Source: Myxococcota bacterium
GTDB taxonomy: Bacteria; Myxococcota_A; UBA796; CAJQPC01
Direction of reading: 5' to 3'
DNA length: 64,000 nucleotides
Assembly (NCBI GenBank): GCA_036012755.1
Contig: DASCPX010000027.1
Location: 128,001-192,000 of the forward strand
Below are positions 1-8,116 of the stretch, one piece after another (within the stretch, counting starts at the first letter, position 1; every line of letters starts with the position of its first letter). Both the position numbers and the translations under genes were made by a program. The notes beneath the pieces were generated by a model, which did not search any database, was not told the origin of the DNA, and saw only the letters and a program-made list of their open reading frames with translations.

Positions 1-33
1 GGCATTGATAGCCTTACTCGTCGAGGTGAGTGC

Positions 34-228
34 ATGGGTCTCCGAGATCGGCTGAAGAACAAGGTGCGAGGCGTCGTCGAGAAGTTCAGCGGCGAGTACA
101 GCGAGCCGGCGCCCCGAGCCGAGGACATCAAGCCCTTCGATCGCAACCTCCCACCGGACCCCGAAGCGGAGGTCGTCCGGGCCAGGCTGGAGCGGCCGCG
201 CGACAAGTTCCAGAAGAAGAAGGGCTGA
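34..228 (+). CDS. small hypothetical protein (64 aa)
   Basis: GAGGTG RBS just upstream of the ATG; GC3-rich codon usage; stop abuts the convergent gene. Confidence 0.7.
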   Translation: MGLRDRLKNKVRGVVEKFSGEYSEPAPRAEDIKPFDRNLPPDPEAEVVRARLERPRDKFQKKKG

Positions 229-603
229 TCAGCCCCGGATCCTGAGCTCACCCTCGAGCTTGCGGATCCGACGGTCCAGGCGATCCCGGATCGACTTCAG
301 CCCGGTCACCTCCCCTCGAAGCTCGACGATCTTCTTCTCCAGGCGCGCGCGCTGCTTCTCGAGACGCCAGTTCGTGTCCATCGCGAGGCGCTGCCGCTCG
401 GCGAGGTCGGCTTCGCGGCCGGTCGCGTCCTTGAGCTCCTCGCGAAGTCCTGTCAGCTCCGTCCGCAGCCGCTTGTTCCTCTCCAGCGCCGCGTTGGCGC
501 GGTTTCGCTCGAAGGCTGCTTCCTCGAGCGCTGCGTCGCGCTCGGCCACGAGGACCTCTTCGAGCTTGGACCTGCCGCCGCTCAAAGCGTCGCCACCACC
601 CAC
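229..603 (-). CDS. coiled-coil hypothetical protein
   Basis: E/R/L-rich heptad-like sequence; overlaps the end of the upstream methyltransferase; start uncertain. Confidence 0.6.
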   Translation of the reverse strand: MGGGDALSGGRSKLEEVLVAERDAALEEAAFERNRANAALERNKRLRTELTGLREELKDATGREADLAERQRLAMDTNWRLEKQRARLEKKIVELRGEVTGLKSIRDRLDRRIRKLEGELRIRG

Positions 604-1370
604 ATGAAGGCCGAGCTGTGCGCGTCGAGTCGGAGCGCTGCTGCTGGGACCTGCCAGCCGTCGGAGCCAAAGACCTCGACGCGCGTGAAGCCTGCTGCGT
701 TGGTCAGGGTGATGATCTCGGGGGCGGTCCAGGCCCGCAGGCTCTGGGTCGGGAACTCCCGCCGTCGTCCCGCCTCGAATACGAGAGTGCGGTCCTCGAC
801 GCGCCCTCTCAAGGCATCGAAGCGGTAGGTCCTGACGAGGTCAGCGCTCGCAGCGAGCGAGCCAGGGGGGAAGTGCCGGGTGACGTTGCGGTGGGCCCAG
901 TAGTAGGGATTGAAGAGCTCGAGCACGAGACGCCCCCCCCCCCGCAGTCGGTCCGCGATGTTGGAGAGCGTGCGGAGATGGTCGGCGTCGTCGTCGAAGA
1001 CGCCAAGGGTCCTATCCAGGAGGATCGCTGCGGCGAAGGGCCCCTGTGGGCTCAGGTCCCGCATGTCGCACTGCACCCACTGGGGACCGTCGTGGCCGGG
1101 GTGCCGAGCGGCCCAGCGGCGCTGGGCGAGCTCGAGGAGCTCTGGGGCGAGGTCGACGCCTGTCACGGCCAGGCCCCGCTCCTGCAGGAGGATCGAGTGC
1201 CGCCCTCCCCCGCAGCCGACGTCGAGGAGCGGGTCTCCGGGCCGAAGCTCCAGGAGCCGCTCGAGGAGATCGACCTGGGCCTCGGCCTGCCGGTCGAGCG
1301 CACCCGCCAGGTCGGGGTCGATCGCGGCCAGCGCGGCGAATCTGCTCGCCCACCAGGGGGAGTCGCTCAT
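582..1370 (-). CDS. class I SAM-dependent methyltransferase
   Basis: LLDVGCGGGRH motif I, VTGVDLA, CDMRDL, LRGGGRLVL. Confidence 0.9.
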   Translation of the reverse strand: MSDSPWWASRFAALAAIDPDLAGALDRQAEAQVDLLERLLELRPGDPLLDVGCGGGRHSILLQERGLAVTGVDLAPELLELAQRRWAARHPGHDGPQWVQCDMRDLSPQGPFAAAILLDRTLGVFDDDADHLRTLSNIADRLRGGGRLVLELFNPYYWAHRNVTRHFPPGSLAASADLVRTYRFDALRGRVEDRTLVFEAGRRREFPTQSLRAWTAPEIITLTNAAGFTRVEVFGSDGWQVPAAALRLDAHSSAFMWVVATL

Positions 1371-1927
1371 GACGTCGAGTCTACATCGAGGGCCGCCTCG
1401 ACCCTCCGCGTGAGGGCGTCGAGGTCGCCGCCGTCCGGGTCGACGACGGCGTACCGCAGCTCGACGCGGGAGAACGGAAGCGGGACCATGAAGCGGTCCC
1501 AGCTCCTCGCGCGCCAGGCGCTGTCGCAGCGGGCGCGCACGCAGACCATCGGCCAGCCACGCTGGGCAGCGAGCCAGGCGGCGCCGGGCTTGGCGACCCC
1601 GACCGGCCCGCGCGGGCCGTCAACCGCCAGCGCGACGCTGCGGTCGACCCGCGTCCCCTCGAGCAACGCGCCGACACCCCCTCGAGAGGAGCTCCCCCGG
1701 ACAACGAGGTAGCCCAGCCGCTCCAGCACGCCGGCGAGGCGCTCGCCGTCGCGGCTCCTGCTCACCATGCCGACGATGCCCCGGTCGACGTGGGCCATGG
1801 TCAGCGGGAGGAGCTCGCCGTGGAGGAAGGCGTACACCACCTCTGAGTCGACCTCGTCGCCGCTGCGCTCGAAGCGCCAGGTCCAGGCGAGGGCGCGCAA
1901 CAGCGCGGCGAGGAGGGCGGCGATCAC
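1367..1927 (-). CDS. DUF374 / lysophospholipid acyltransferase-family protein
   Basis: VSRSRDGE, RGSSSRGG, AVDGPRGP, SWDRFMVPLPFSR motifs; 4-nt overlap with the next gene. Confidence 0.85.
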   Translation of the reverse strand: MIAALLAALLRALAWTWRFERSGDEVDSEVVYAFLHGELLPLTMAHVDRGIVGMVSRSRDGERLAGVLERLGYLVVRGSSSRGGVGALLEGTRVDRSVALAVDGPRGPVGVAKPGAAWLAAQRGWPMVCVRARCDSAWRARSWDRFMVPLPFSRVELRYAVVDPDGGDLDALTRRVEAALDVDSTS

Positions 1928-1935
1928 GGTCCGGC

Positions 1936-1942
1936 ATAGTAT
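1936..1942. promoter_or_regulatory. overlapping bidirectional -10 elements (TAGTAT on +, TACTAT on -)
   Basis: Only AT-rich patch in a 21-bp divergent spacer; 6 and 8 nt from the two start codons. Confidence 0.55.
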
Positions 1943-1948
1943 TCGGGC

Positions 1949-2608
1949 ATGCTCGCTCTCGGCCTCCTGTCATGCGCGGTGAATCACGGCGTTCGACCCA
2001 TCGGAAAGGGCAACGTCGCGGCGACGGGCAGCCTGGGCGGCCCCGTCATCGAGGCCTTCGGCGCTCCCATGCCGCTGCCCCTGACCACCCTCGGTGTGCG
2101 CTACGGCATCAGCGACAACAGCGACCTGCACGCGAGCGTGCATCCCTCTCTCGCTGGCATGTTCGGGCTCATCGGCGTCGACGCCGGCGCGAGCTACCTC
2201 GTCGCACCTCAGCTGGGTCCTCGCCCTGCCGTCCTGGTCGACGGAACCCTGCTGGTCGTCGGTGGCGACACGGTCGAGGGTGAGCCCGATGGCGGCGTCC
2301 GCGCCTACGTCTCCGCAGCGACCCTGGCGAGCTGGACCTGGGGGAAGCGGGACAACCTGGTCTACGGCGGCGGCGAGCTCTTCCTCCAGCCTCGGCCGTG
2401 GCAGCTCTATGCCGCGCCGGTGGTCGGCAACCGCTTCCAGCTCACCCGCCGCCTCGGCCTCGCCCTGGAGCTCCGCTGGGTCGACCCCTGGGTCCAGACC
2501 GACGACCTCACGGTGCACTTCTACTCCCCGCGTCGCTATGGCGCCGTGAGCGTCCACGCCGGCTTCCACGTCGCCTTCGGGCCGGACTTCGCGAAGGAGC
2601 CAGGATGA
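1949..2608 (+). CDS. putative lipoprotein, beta-strand rich
   Basis: MLALGLLSC lipobox-like start; amphipathic beta pattern. Confidence 0.7.
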   Translation: MLALGLLSCAVNHGVRPIGKGNVAATGSLGGPVIEAFGAPMPLPLTTLGVRYGISDNSDLHASVHPSLAGMFGLIGVDAGASYLVAPQLGPRPAVLVDGTLLVVGGDTVEGEPDGGVRAYVSAATLASWTWGKRDNLVYGGGELFLQPRPWQLYAAPVVGNRFQLTRRLGLALELRWVDPWVQTDDLTVHFYSPRRYGAVSVHAGFHVAFGPDFAKEPG

Positions 2609-3417
2609 TCCTGCTCGTCACCGGCTGCATGACGCTCGACCCCTTCTTCTTCAACGGCGAGGTCCTCACCCAGTACGGCTTCCCGACAGAGGTCATCCCA
2701 GAGGACCGCGTCGAGGAGGTGGTGTTCGACAGCGGCGAGGAGACGCTCTACGGCATGTGGGCCTGGCAGTACCAGCCCCGCAAGCACCCCACGCTGGTGT
2801 ACTTCCACGGCAACGCCTCCCACATGGACGAGTACATGCCGCGGGTCGAGGTGCTCTGGAACTTCGGCTACAACGTCTTTCAGTTCGACTATCGGGGCTA
2901 TGGACGCTCGACTGGCTCCTCCAGCCACGACTCGGCCATCGAGGACGGCCACGCCGCGGTCGACCAGGCACTGCTCGACGCCCCGTGGCTTCGAGAGGGC
3001 AGCAACCAGCTGGCCTATGTGGGGCTGTCGCTGGGCGGTTTCGTCAGCCTCCACACCGCGCTGGACACCCCGCCCTACGCGCTGGTCACCCAGGACATGT
3101 TCGCGAGCGCAAGCGACCTCGTCGAGCTGAACTTCGGCCTGGACAGCCCGGATGGCTGGCTCTTCGAAGGCGCCTTCGACAACGCCGGAGCCGCCTCGCA
3201 GCTGGAGGTGCCCTACCTCGTCCTGCATGGGGCGGACGACTCCTACATCAAGCCCGACAACGCCGAGCGGGTCTACGCAGCCGCGAACGAGCCCAAGCGC
3301 CTCTTCCTGGTTCCCGGGGCCGACCACGCCGAGATGGCCACGGAGCAGACGGCCGTCTACGAGCAGGAGCTCGTCGGGTGGCTCGAGACCTGGGCGCCGG
3401 TGGACCCGGAGGAGTAG
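2605..3417 (+). CDS. alpha/beta hydrolase (ABHD13/BEM46-like), putative lipoprotein
   Basis: YFHGNA, DYRGYGRS, GLSLGG nucleophile elbow, LHGADD, GADH; AAGGAG RBS and ATGA overlap. Confidence 0.9.
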   Translation: MILLVTGCMTLDPFFFNGEVLTQYGFPTEVIPEDRVEEVVFDSGEETLYGMWAWQYQPRKHPTLVYFHGNASHMDEYMPRVEVLWNFGYNVFQFDYRGYGRSTGSSSHDSAIEDGHAAVDQALLDAPWLREGSNQLAYVGLSLGGFVSLHTALDTPPYALVTQDMFASASDLVELNFGLDSPDGWLFEGAFDNAGAASQLEVPYLVLHGADDSYIKPDNAERVYAAANEPKRLFLVPGADHAEMATEQTAVYEQELVGWLETWAPVDPEE

Positions 3418-3419
3418 GC

Positions 3420-4040
3420 GTGAAGAGGGGGCGGGCCCGCCGGGAGGCCATCCTCGAGCTCGCCCGGCCCTTCGTGCGCGGGCTGGTGGTCGATGTCGGT
3501 TGCGACCACGGTCACACCACCGCGGCGCTCCAGGACCTCGGCACAGCCTCGCTGGTCGTCGGCACCGAGCGCCTGTCGAGTCGCCTCCCGCGCCGCGGCG
3601 ATCTGCATCTGCTCGTCACGGACGGGCTCGCCGGCTTCGAGGTCGTCCAGCTGGCGGTGATCACCGGGATGGGTCCCCACGCCATCCTCGGAGTGCTCGA
3701 GCGGGGGCCACGACCGGCCGCGGCGGTCCTCCACTCCCCCGACCGGACCGACACCCTGCGGAGGGGGCTGAAGGCACAGGGCTGGCGCGTCGACGCGGAG
3801 AAGCTGGCGCCAGAGGGCCGGGGCTTCGCGGAGGTGATCCGCGTCCTCCCCGGCGAGGAGACCGCAGAGGGCCTCGCGCTCGACTTCGGACCCGGCCTGC
3901 TCGGGGATGCGCTCCTACAGCAGCACGTCGAGCACTTGCTCCGACACTGGACACGCATCGCCGAGGTTGCCCCGCTCGGGAGCCGCGGCCGAGCACGCGC
4001 GGAGGCCTGGATTCCCTTCCTGCGAGCCCTGCAGGGGTAG
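3420..4040 (+). CDS. trmK: tRNA (adenine22-N1)-methyltransferase TrmK-like
   Basis: VDVGCDHG, DGL, VITGMG and LRRGLKAQGWRVDAEKL...GFAEVI match the TrmK pattern; GTG start 2 nt after the upstream stop. Confidence 0.7.
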   Translation: MKRGRARREAILELARPFVRGLVVDVGCDHGHTTAALQDLGTASLVVGTERLSSRLPRRGDLHLLVTDGLAGFEVVQLAVITGMGPHAILGVLERGPRPAAAVLHSPDRTDTLRRGLKAQGWRVDAEKLAPEGRGFAEVIRVLPGEETAEGLALDFGPGLLGDALLQQHVEHLLRHWTRIAEVAPLGSRGRARAEAWIPFLRALQG

Positions 4041-4054
4041 GATTCTGGGCGTTC

Positions 4055-5794
4055 ATGCACATCCTCGGACTCTCTTGCTTCTACCACGACGCCGCAGCCT
4101 GCCTGCTCCGCGAGGGCGTCCCCGTCGCGGCCACCGACGAGCAGGCATTCACTCGCAAGAAGCACGACTCGGACTTCCCGAAACAGTCGATTCGCTTCTG
4201 CCTGGACCAGGCCGGAATCACGGCCGACAAGATCGACGCCGTAGCCTTCTACGACAAGCCGTTGATGAAGTTCGATCGCCTGCTGCGCTACCAGGTCCAT
4301 CACTTCCCATCGACCTTCCGCACCTTCGTCGATGCCATGCCGCGGTGGATCGCCACCCGCCTTCGACTCCCGAAGCTCCTGAAGGAGGAGTTCGGCTACA
4401 CGGGCCCCATCCTTTACAGCGAGCACCACCTCAGCCACGCAGCCAGCGCCTACTACACCTCGGGCTTCGACGAGGCCGCGGTGCTGACGGTCGACGGCGT
4501 CGGAGAGTGGGCGACGGCGTCCTGGGGACGCGGCGAGGGCCCGAACCTCGAGCTGCTCGGCCAGATCCGGTTCCCCCACAGCCTGGGTCTCCTGTACTCG
4601 GCCTTCACCTACTACTGCGGGTTCAAGGTCAACTCCGCCGAGTACAAGCTGATGGGCCTGGCGCCCTACGGCCAGCCGACCATGATCGACAAGGTCCGGG
4701 AGTTCATCGACGTCAAGGACGACGGCACCTTCAGGCTGAACATGAAGTACTTCGCCTACGAGCAGGGCGAGGGCATGTTCAACTCCAGCTTCGAGGACGT
4801 GATGGGGAGGCCCCGGCGACCGCTGGAGGCCAAGGACATGGACGCCTTCTACATGGACGCGGCCCGGTCGATCCAGGAGGTCACGAACGAGGTCATGATC
4901 AAGCTGGCCCGCTCGACCATGGAGCGGGCTGGAAGCAAGAACCTGTGCATGGCTGGCGGTGTCTCGCTCAACTGCGTCGCCAACGGTCACATCCTCCGGC
5001 AGACCGGCGTCGAGGACCTCTACGTCCAGCCCTCCGCTGGGGACGCCGGTGGCGCCATGGGGGCGGCCTACGTCGTATGGAACCAGCTGCTGCAGAACCC
5101 GGTCGGACCGCGGCTGCCGACGCCGTATCTCGGCCCGGGCTACGACGAAGAGCAGATCCGCGAGACCCTCGACCGCTACGGCGCGGTCTACAAGCGCCTC
5201 GAGCGGCAGGAGCTCGTCGAGACCGTCGCCGAGCTCATCGACACCGCCCACGTCGTCGGCTGGTACCAGGACCGCCGCGAGTGGGGGCCGCGGGCTCTGG
5301 GACACAGGACCATCCTGGGCGACGCCCGCCACCCGGAGATGCGCACCATCATCAACATGCGGATCAAGTTCCGGGAGGGATTCCGGCCCTTTGCGCCTAC
5401 ATGTCTCGAGGAGTACGTCGAGGACTACTTCGAGATCGATCGGCCCTCGCCGTACATGCTCCTGGTGGCCCCCGTCAAAGAGGAGCACCGCGACGGCCTC
5501 AAGGCCATCACGCACGTCGACGGCTCTGCCCGCATCCAGACCGTGAACCGTGAGCAGGAGCCTCTCTACTACGACCTCATCAAGGCCTTCTACGATCGGA
5601 CTGGCTGCCCCATCGTCATCAACACCTCCCTGAACGTCCGCGGCGAGCCCATCGTGACCACGCCAGAGGACAGCTACCTCTGCTTCATGCGGACGGACAT
5701 GGACGCCATGGCCCTGGGCCCCTTCCTGTGCATGAAAGAGGACCAGCCAGAGCTCGTGCTCCTCTCGGCGAAGGAGGAGTTCGGTCTCGACTGA
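4055..5794 (+). CDS. carbamoyltransferase (NodU/CmcH family)
   Basis: ILGLSCFYHDAAA, EHHLSHAASA, DGVGE, EYKLMGLAPYG, GPRALGHR, FRPFAP, HVDGSARIQTV, NTSLNVRGEPIV. Confidence 0.95.
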   Translation: MHILGLSCFYHDAAACLLREGVPVAATDEQAFTRKKHDSDFPKQSIRFCLDQAGITADKIDAVAFYDKPLMKFDRLLRYQVHHFPSTFRTFVDAMPRWIATRLRLPKLLKEEFGYTGPILYSEHHLSHAASAYYTSGFDEAAVLTVDGVGEWATASWGRGEGPNLELLGQIRFPHSLGLLYSAFTYYCGFKVNSAEYKLMGLAPYGQPTMIDKVREFIDVKDDGTFRLNMKYFAYEQGEGMFNSSFEDVMGRPRRPLEAKDMDAFYMDAARSIQEVTNEVMIKLARSTMERAGSKNLCMAGGVSLNCVANGHILRQTGVEDLYVQPSAGDAGGAMGAAYVVWNQLLQNPVGPRLPTPYLGPGYDEEQIRETLDRYGAVYKRLERQELVETVAELIDTAHVVGWYQDRREWGPRALGHRTILGDARHPEMRTIINMRIKFREGFRPFAPTCLEEYVEDYFEIDRPSPYMLLVAPVKEEHRDGLKAITHVDGSARIQTVNREQEPLYYDLIKAFYDRTGCPIVINTSLNVRGEPIVTTPEDSYLCFMRTDMDAMALGPFLCMKEDQPELVLLSAKEEFGLD

Positions 5795-5797
5795 GAC

Positions 5798-6346
5798 CTA
5801 CCAGGGCGGCCAGCCCCGCGCCTCGCCGCCGGTGAAGGCGATGCCGTCGAGGTCGGTCTCGCCCTCGATGTTGGCGAAGAGGTTGGTGTGGCCGTCCGAG
5901 AAGCCCAGGACCGTCACGGTGACGTCCGGGTCGTTCTCGCTGCTGTAGATGACCGGCGTGCCCTGGGTGGGAGTCAGCGAGTAGCTCATAGAGCTCACCG
6001 GGTAGGTCCCTGCGTAGCGCAGGTCCCCGTCGACGATGATCGTGATGACCTCGGCCTGGCTGTTGTCCGGGATGTTCGCGCTCAGCGAGGTCTTGGTCCA
6101 GAAGCCCTCGTCGGTGGACCACGCGGAGCCGTCCAGCGTCGCCACGAAGCTCGGGGGTTCCGGGTCGAACTCGTCTCCGTAGCTGGTGTCCTCTGTGTCG
6201 CCCTCGGAGTCGTCAGTGCCCTCGGAGTCGTCGGTGACGGGGCTGTCGTCTTCCGCCGAGTCCGCGGTCTGCTCCTTGTTCCCGCTGCAGGCGAGTGACA
6301 GCGCCAGGACGGTCCCACCACAGACGCTCAGTCGAATCGCACGCAT
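5798..6346 (-). CDS. putative lipoprotein with acidic linker
   Basis: LALSLAC lipobox followed by D/E/S/T-rich TDDSEG repeats; GGAGG RBS before MRAIRL. Confidence 0.7.
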   Translation of the reverse strand: MRAIRLSVCGGTVLALSLACSGNKEQTADSAEDDSPVTDDSEGTDDSEGDTEDTSYGDEFDPEPPSFVATLDGSAWSTDEGFWTKTSLSANIPDNSQAEVITIIVDGDLRYAGTYPVSSMSYSLTPTQGTPVIYSSENDPDVTVTVLGFSDGHTNLFANIEGETDLDGIAFTGGEARGWPPW

Positions 6347-6364
6347 GGCCACGTCCTCCAGGGT

Positions 6365-6401
6365 GTCAGCATAGCGAAAGGTCAGCATAGCGAAAGGTCA
6401 G
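6365..6401. repeat. 16-bp perfect direct repeat (GTCAGCATAGCGAAAG x2 + GTCAG)
   Basis: Read directly from the sequence; lies in the divergent intergenic region. Confidence 0.85.
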
Positions 6402-6460
6402 TTGTTCGGCGCCCATCGGTCAGCTAAAGTGACGCCCGCTCCCCGCACCGAGGAGAGCAC

Positions 6461-8116
6461 GTGCTCCTGCTCTGCGCATTGTCCACGAGCGCCCAGGCCG
6501 ACTCCTGGGCCCCGGACGCCACAATCCAAGACGCCGCCCAGCTCCAGGTGACGGAGGAAGGGCTCGACGCGATCACGGACCTCCTCCCTGCCCTGATTCC
6601 CGAGAAGATCGAGATCGGCACGGCCATCGACGAGAGCGGCGGAACGTGGTGCTTCAACTACGAGTTCTACATGGGCAACCTGTGGGTGGGCATCGAGGTG
6701 GTCGACGCCACGCTCACCCCCGGCAACGGCGTGCTCGACCTCCACGCCGACCTGCTTGTCTGGATCAACGACAGCTCCGACAAGTTCGGCCTCCAGACCG
6801 AGGTCGCCTGCATCGAGACGGACTGCCCGGGCTACGTCGAGCCCTTCCCCGTGACCATCGACACGGAGATCGCGCTCGAGATCGTCACCGACGAGTTCGG
6901 CGACCCCGCCCTGGATGCGACGGTAGGCGACATCGAGGTCATCGGGACCGACATCACCGACTACCTGATCCTCGACTGCTGGATCGGGGATCTCGAGGAG
7001 ATCCTGAACTGGGTCGGGCTGTCGCTCTACGACCTCATCTGGATGGCCGTGGAGCCAGTGCTCGCGAGCATGATCAGCGACCTCGGCCCAGAGATCGAGA
7101 CCATGATCGAGGACGCCTTCAGCCAGGCGACCATCAACGAGGAGATCGCTGTCGGTGACGCCACGCTGACGATCGAGCTCTTCCCCAGGGACGTCATCAT
7201 CACGCCGGAGGGCGTGGCGATCGCGATGTCCGGCTCGGCCACCGCTGACGCCGCCGAGTGCATCTTCGCCTACGACCCCGGCGGCTCGACGCGAACGGAC
7301 ACGCCCCTGCCGACCATGGCGGACATCCCGACCGGCACCCACATGTCGATCGAGCTCTCGGACGACTTCACGAACCAGCTGCTCTACGGGGCGTGGCGTG
7401 GCGGCGTGCTCTGCTACACCCTGCAGGGCGAGGACCCGCTGCCGATCAACACCTCGCTCCTGGGCATCATCGCCGGAGACACCTTCGACGAGCTCTTCGC
7501 CGGCGAGACCAAGCCGATGGTCATCCAGACCCGGCCGAAGGTCCCGCCCGAGGCGGTCTTCGACGGCGGCCACGATATCGACGCCCACATCGAGGATCTC
7601 GGACTCAACTTCTTCGGAGAGGTGGACGACCGCATGGCCAAGGTCGTCGGCCTCGACCTCGACATCGACGCCGGGGTCGACCTGGTCTTCGACGGCAACA
7701 CGGGGGAGCTCGCGATCGAGATCGCGCTCTCGGGTGACGACGTCGACGCGGATGTCGTCCACAACGAGCTCGTCACGGGAACCGACGAGGTCATCGAGGG
7801 CAACTTCGCCGGAGCCTTCGACACGATCCTCGAGACGGTCCTCGGCGGTCTGCTCGGAGATCTCGCCTTCGCCCTGCCCTCGATGGAAGGAGTCGGTCTC
7901 ACCGAGCTCCGCGTCGACGCGGTCGGCGCACAGGCGGACTGGCTCGGCGTCTGGGCCAACGTCGGCGTCACCCCCTACGAGGGCGGCGACTGCGGGGGCT
8001 GCGGCGGCGACAGCAGCGGATGCTCCGGTGGCTGCACCAGCGGCAGCATGCGGACCCTGACCCTCTACCTGGCCCTCCCGGCCGTCCTGGTCCTGCTCCG
8101 GCGCCGCGAGGACTGA
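6461..8116 (+). CDS. secreted acidic protein, BPI/LBP(TULIP)-like, with MYXO-CTERM-like anchor
   Basis: GAGGAG RBS; short signal peptide ending AQA; QVTEEGLD and LSDDFTNQLL..AWRGGVL motifs; C-terminal GGC-Gly/Ser-TM-RRR. Confidence 0.7.
   Translation: MLLLCALSTSAQADSWAPDATIQDAAQLQVTEEGLDAITDLLPALIPEKIEIGTAIDESGGTWCFNYEFYMGNLWVGIEVVDATLTPGNGVLDLHADLLVWINDSSDKFGLQTEVACIETDCPGYVEPFPVTIDTEIALEIVTDEFGDPALDATVGDIEVIGTDITDYLILDCWIGDLEEILNWVGLSLYDLIWMAVEPVLASMISDLGPEIETMIEDAFSQATINEEIAVGDATLTIELFPRDVIITPEGVAIAMSGSATADAAECIFAYDPGGSTRTDTPLPTMADIPTGTHMSIELSDDFTNQLLYGAWRGGVLCYTLQGEDPLPINTSLLGIIAGDTFDELFAGETKPMVIQTRPKVPPEAVFDGGHDIDAHIEDLGLNFFGEVDDRMAKVVGLDLDIDAGVDLVFDGNTGELAIEIALSGDDVDADVVHNELVTGTDEVIEGNFAGAFDTILETVLGGLLGDLAFALPSMEGVGLTELRVDAVGAQADWLGVWANVGVTPYEGGDCGGCGGDSSGCSGGCTSGSMRTLTLYLALPAVLVLLRRRED

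Noticed and set aside
3152..4054. N-terminal extension making an 880-aa carbamoyltransferase; similar extensions on purC, efp, actD, rhomboid and the FAH protein
   Set aside because: The extensions overlap other real genes and are low-complexity; family-typical starts lie downstream
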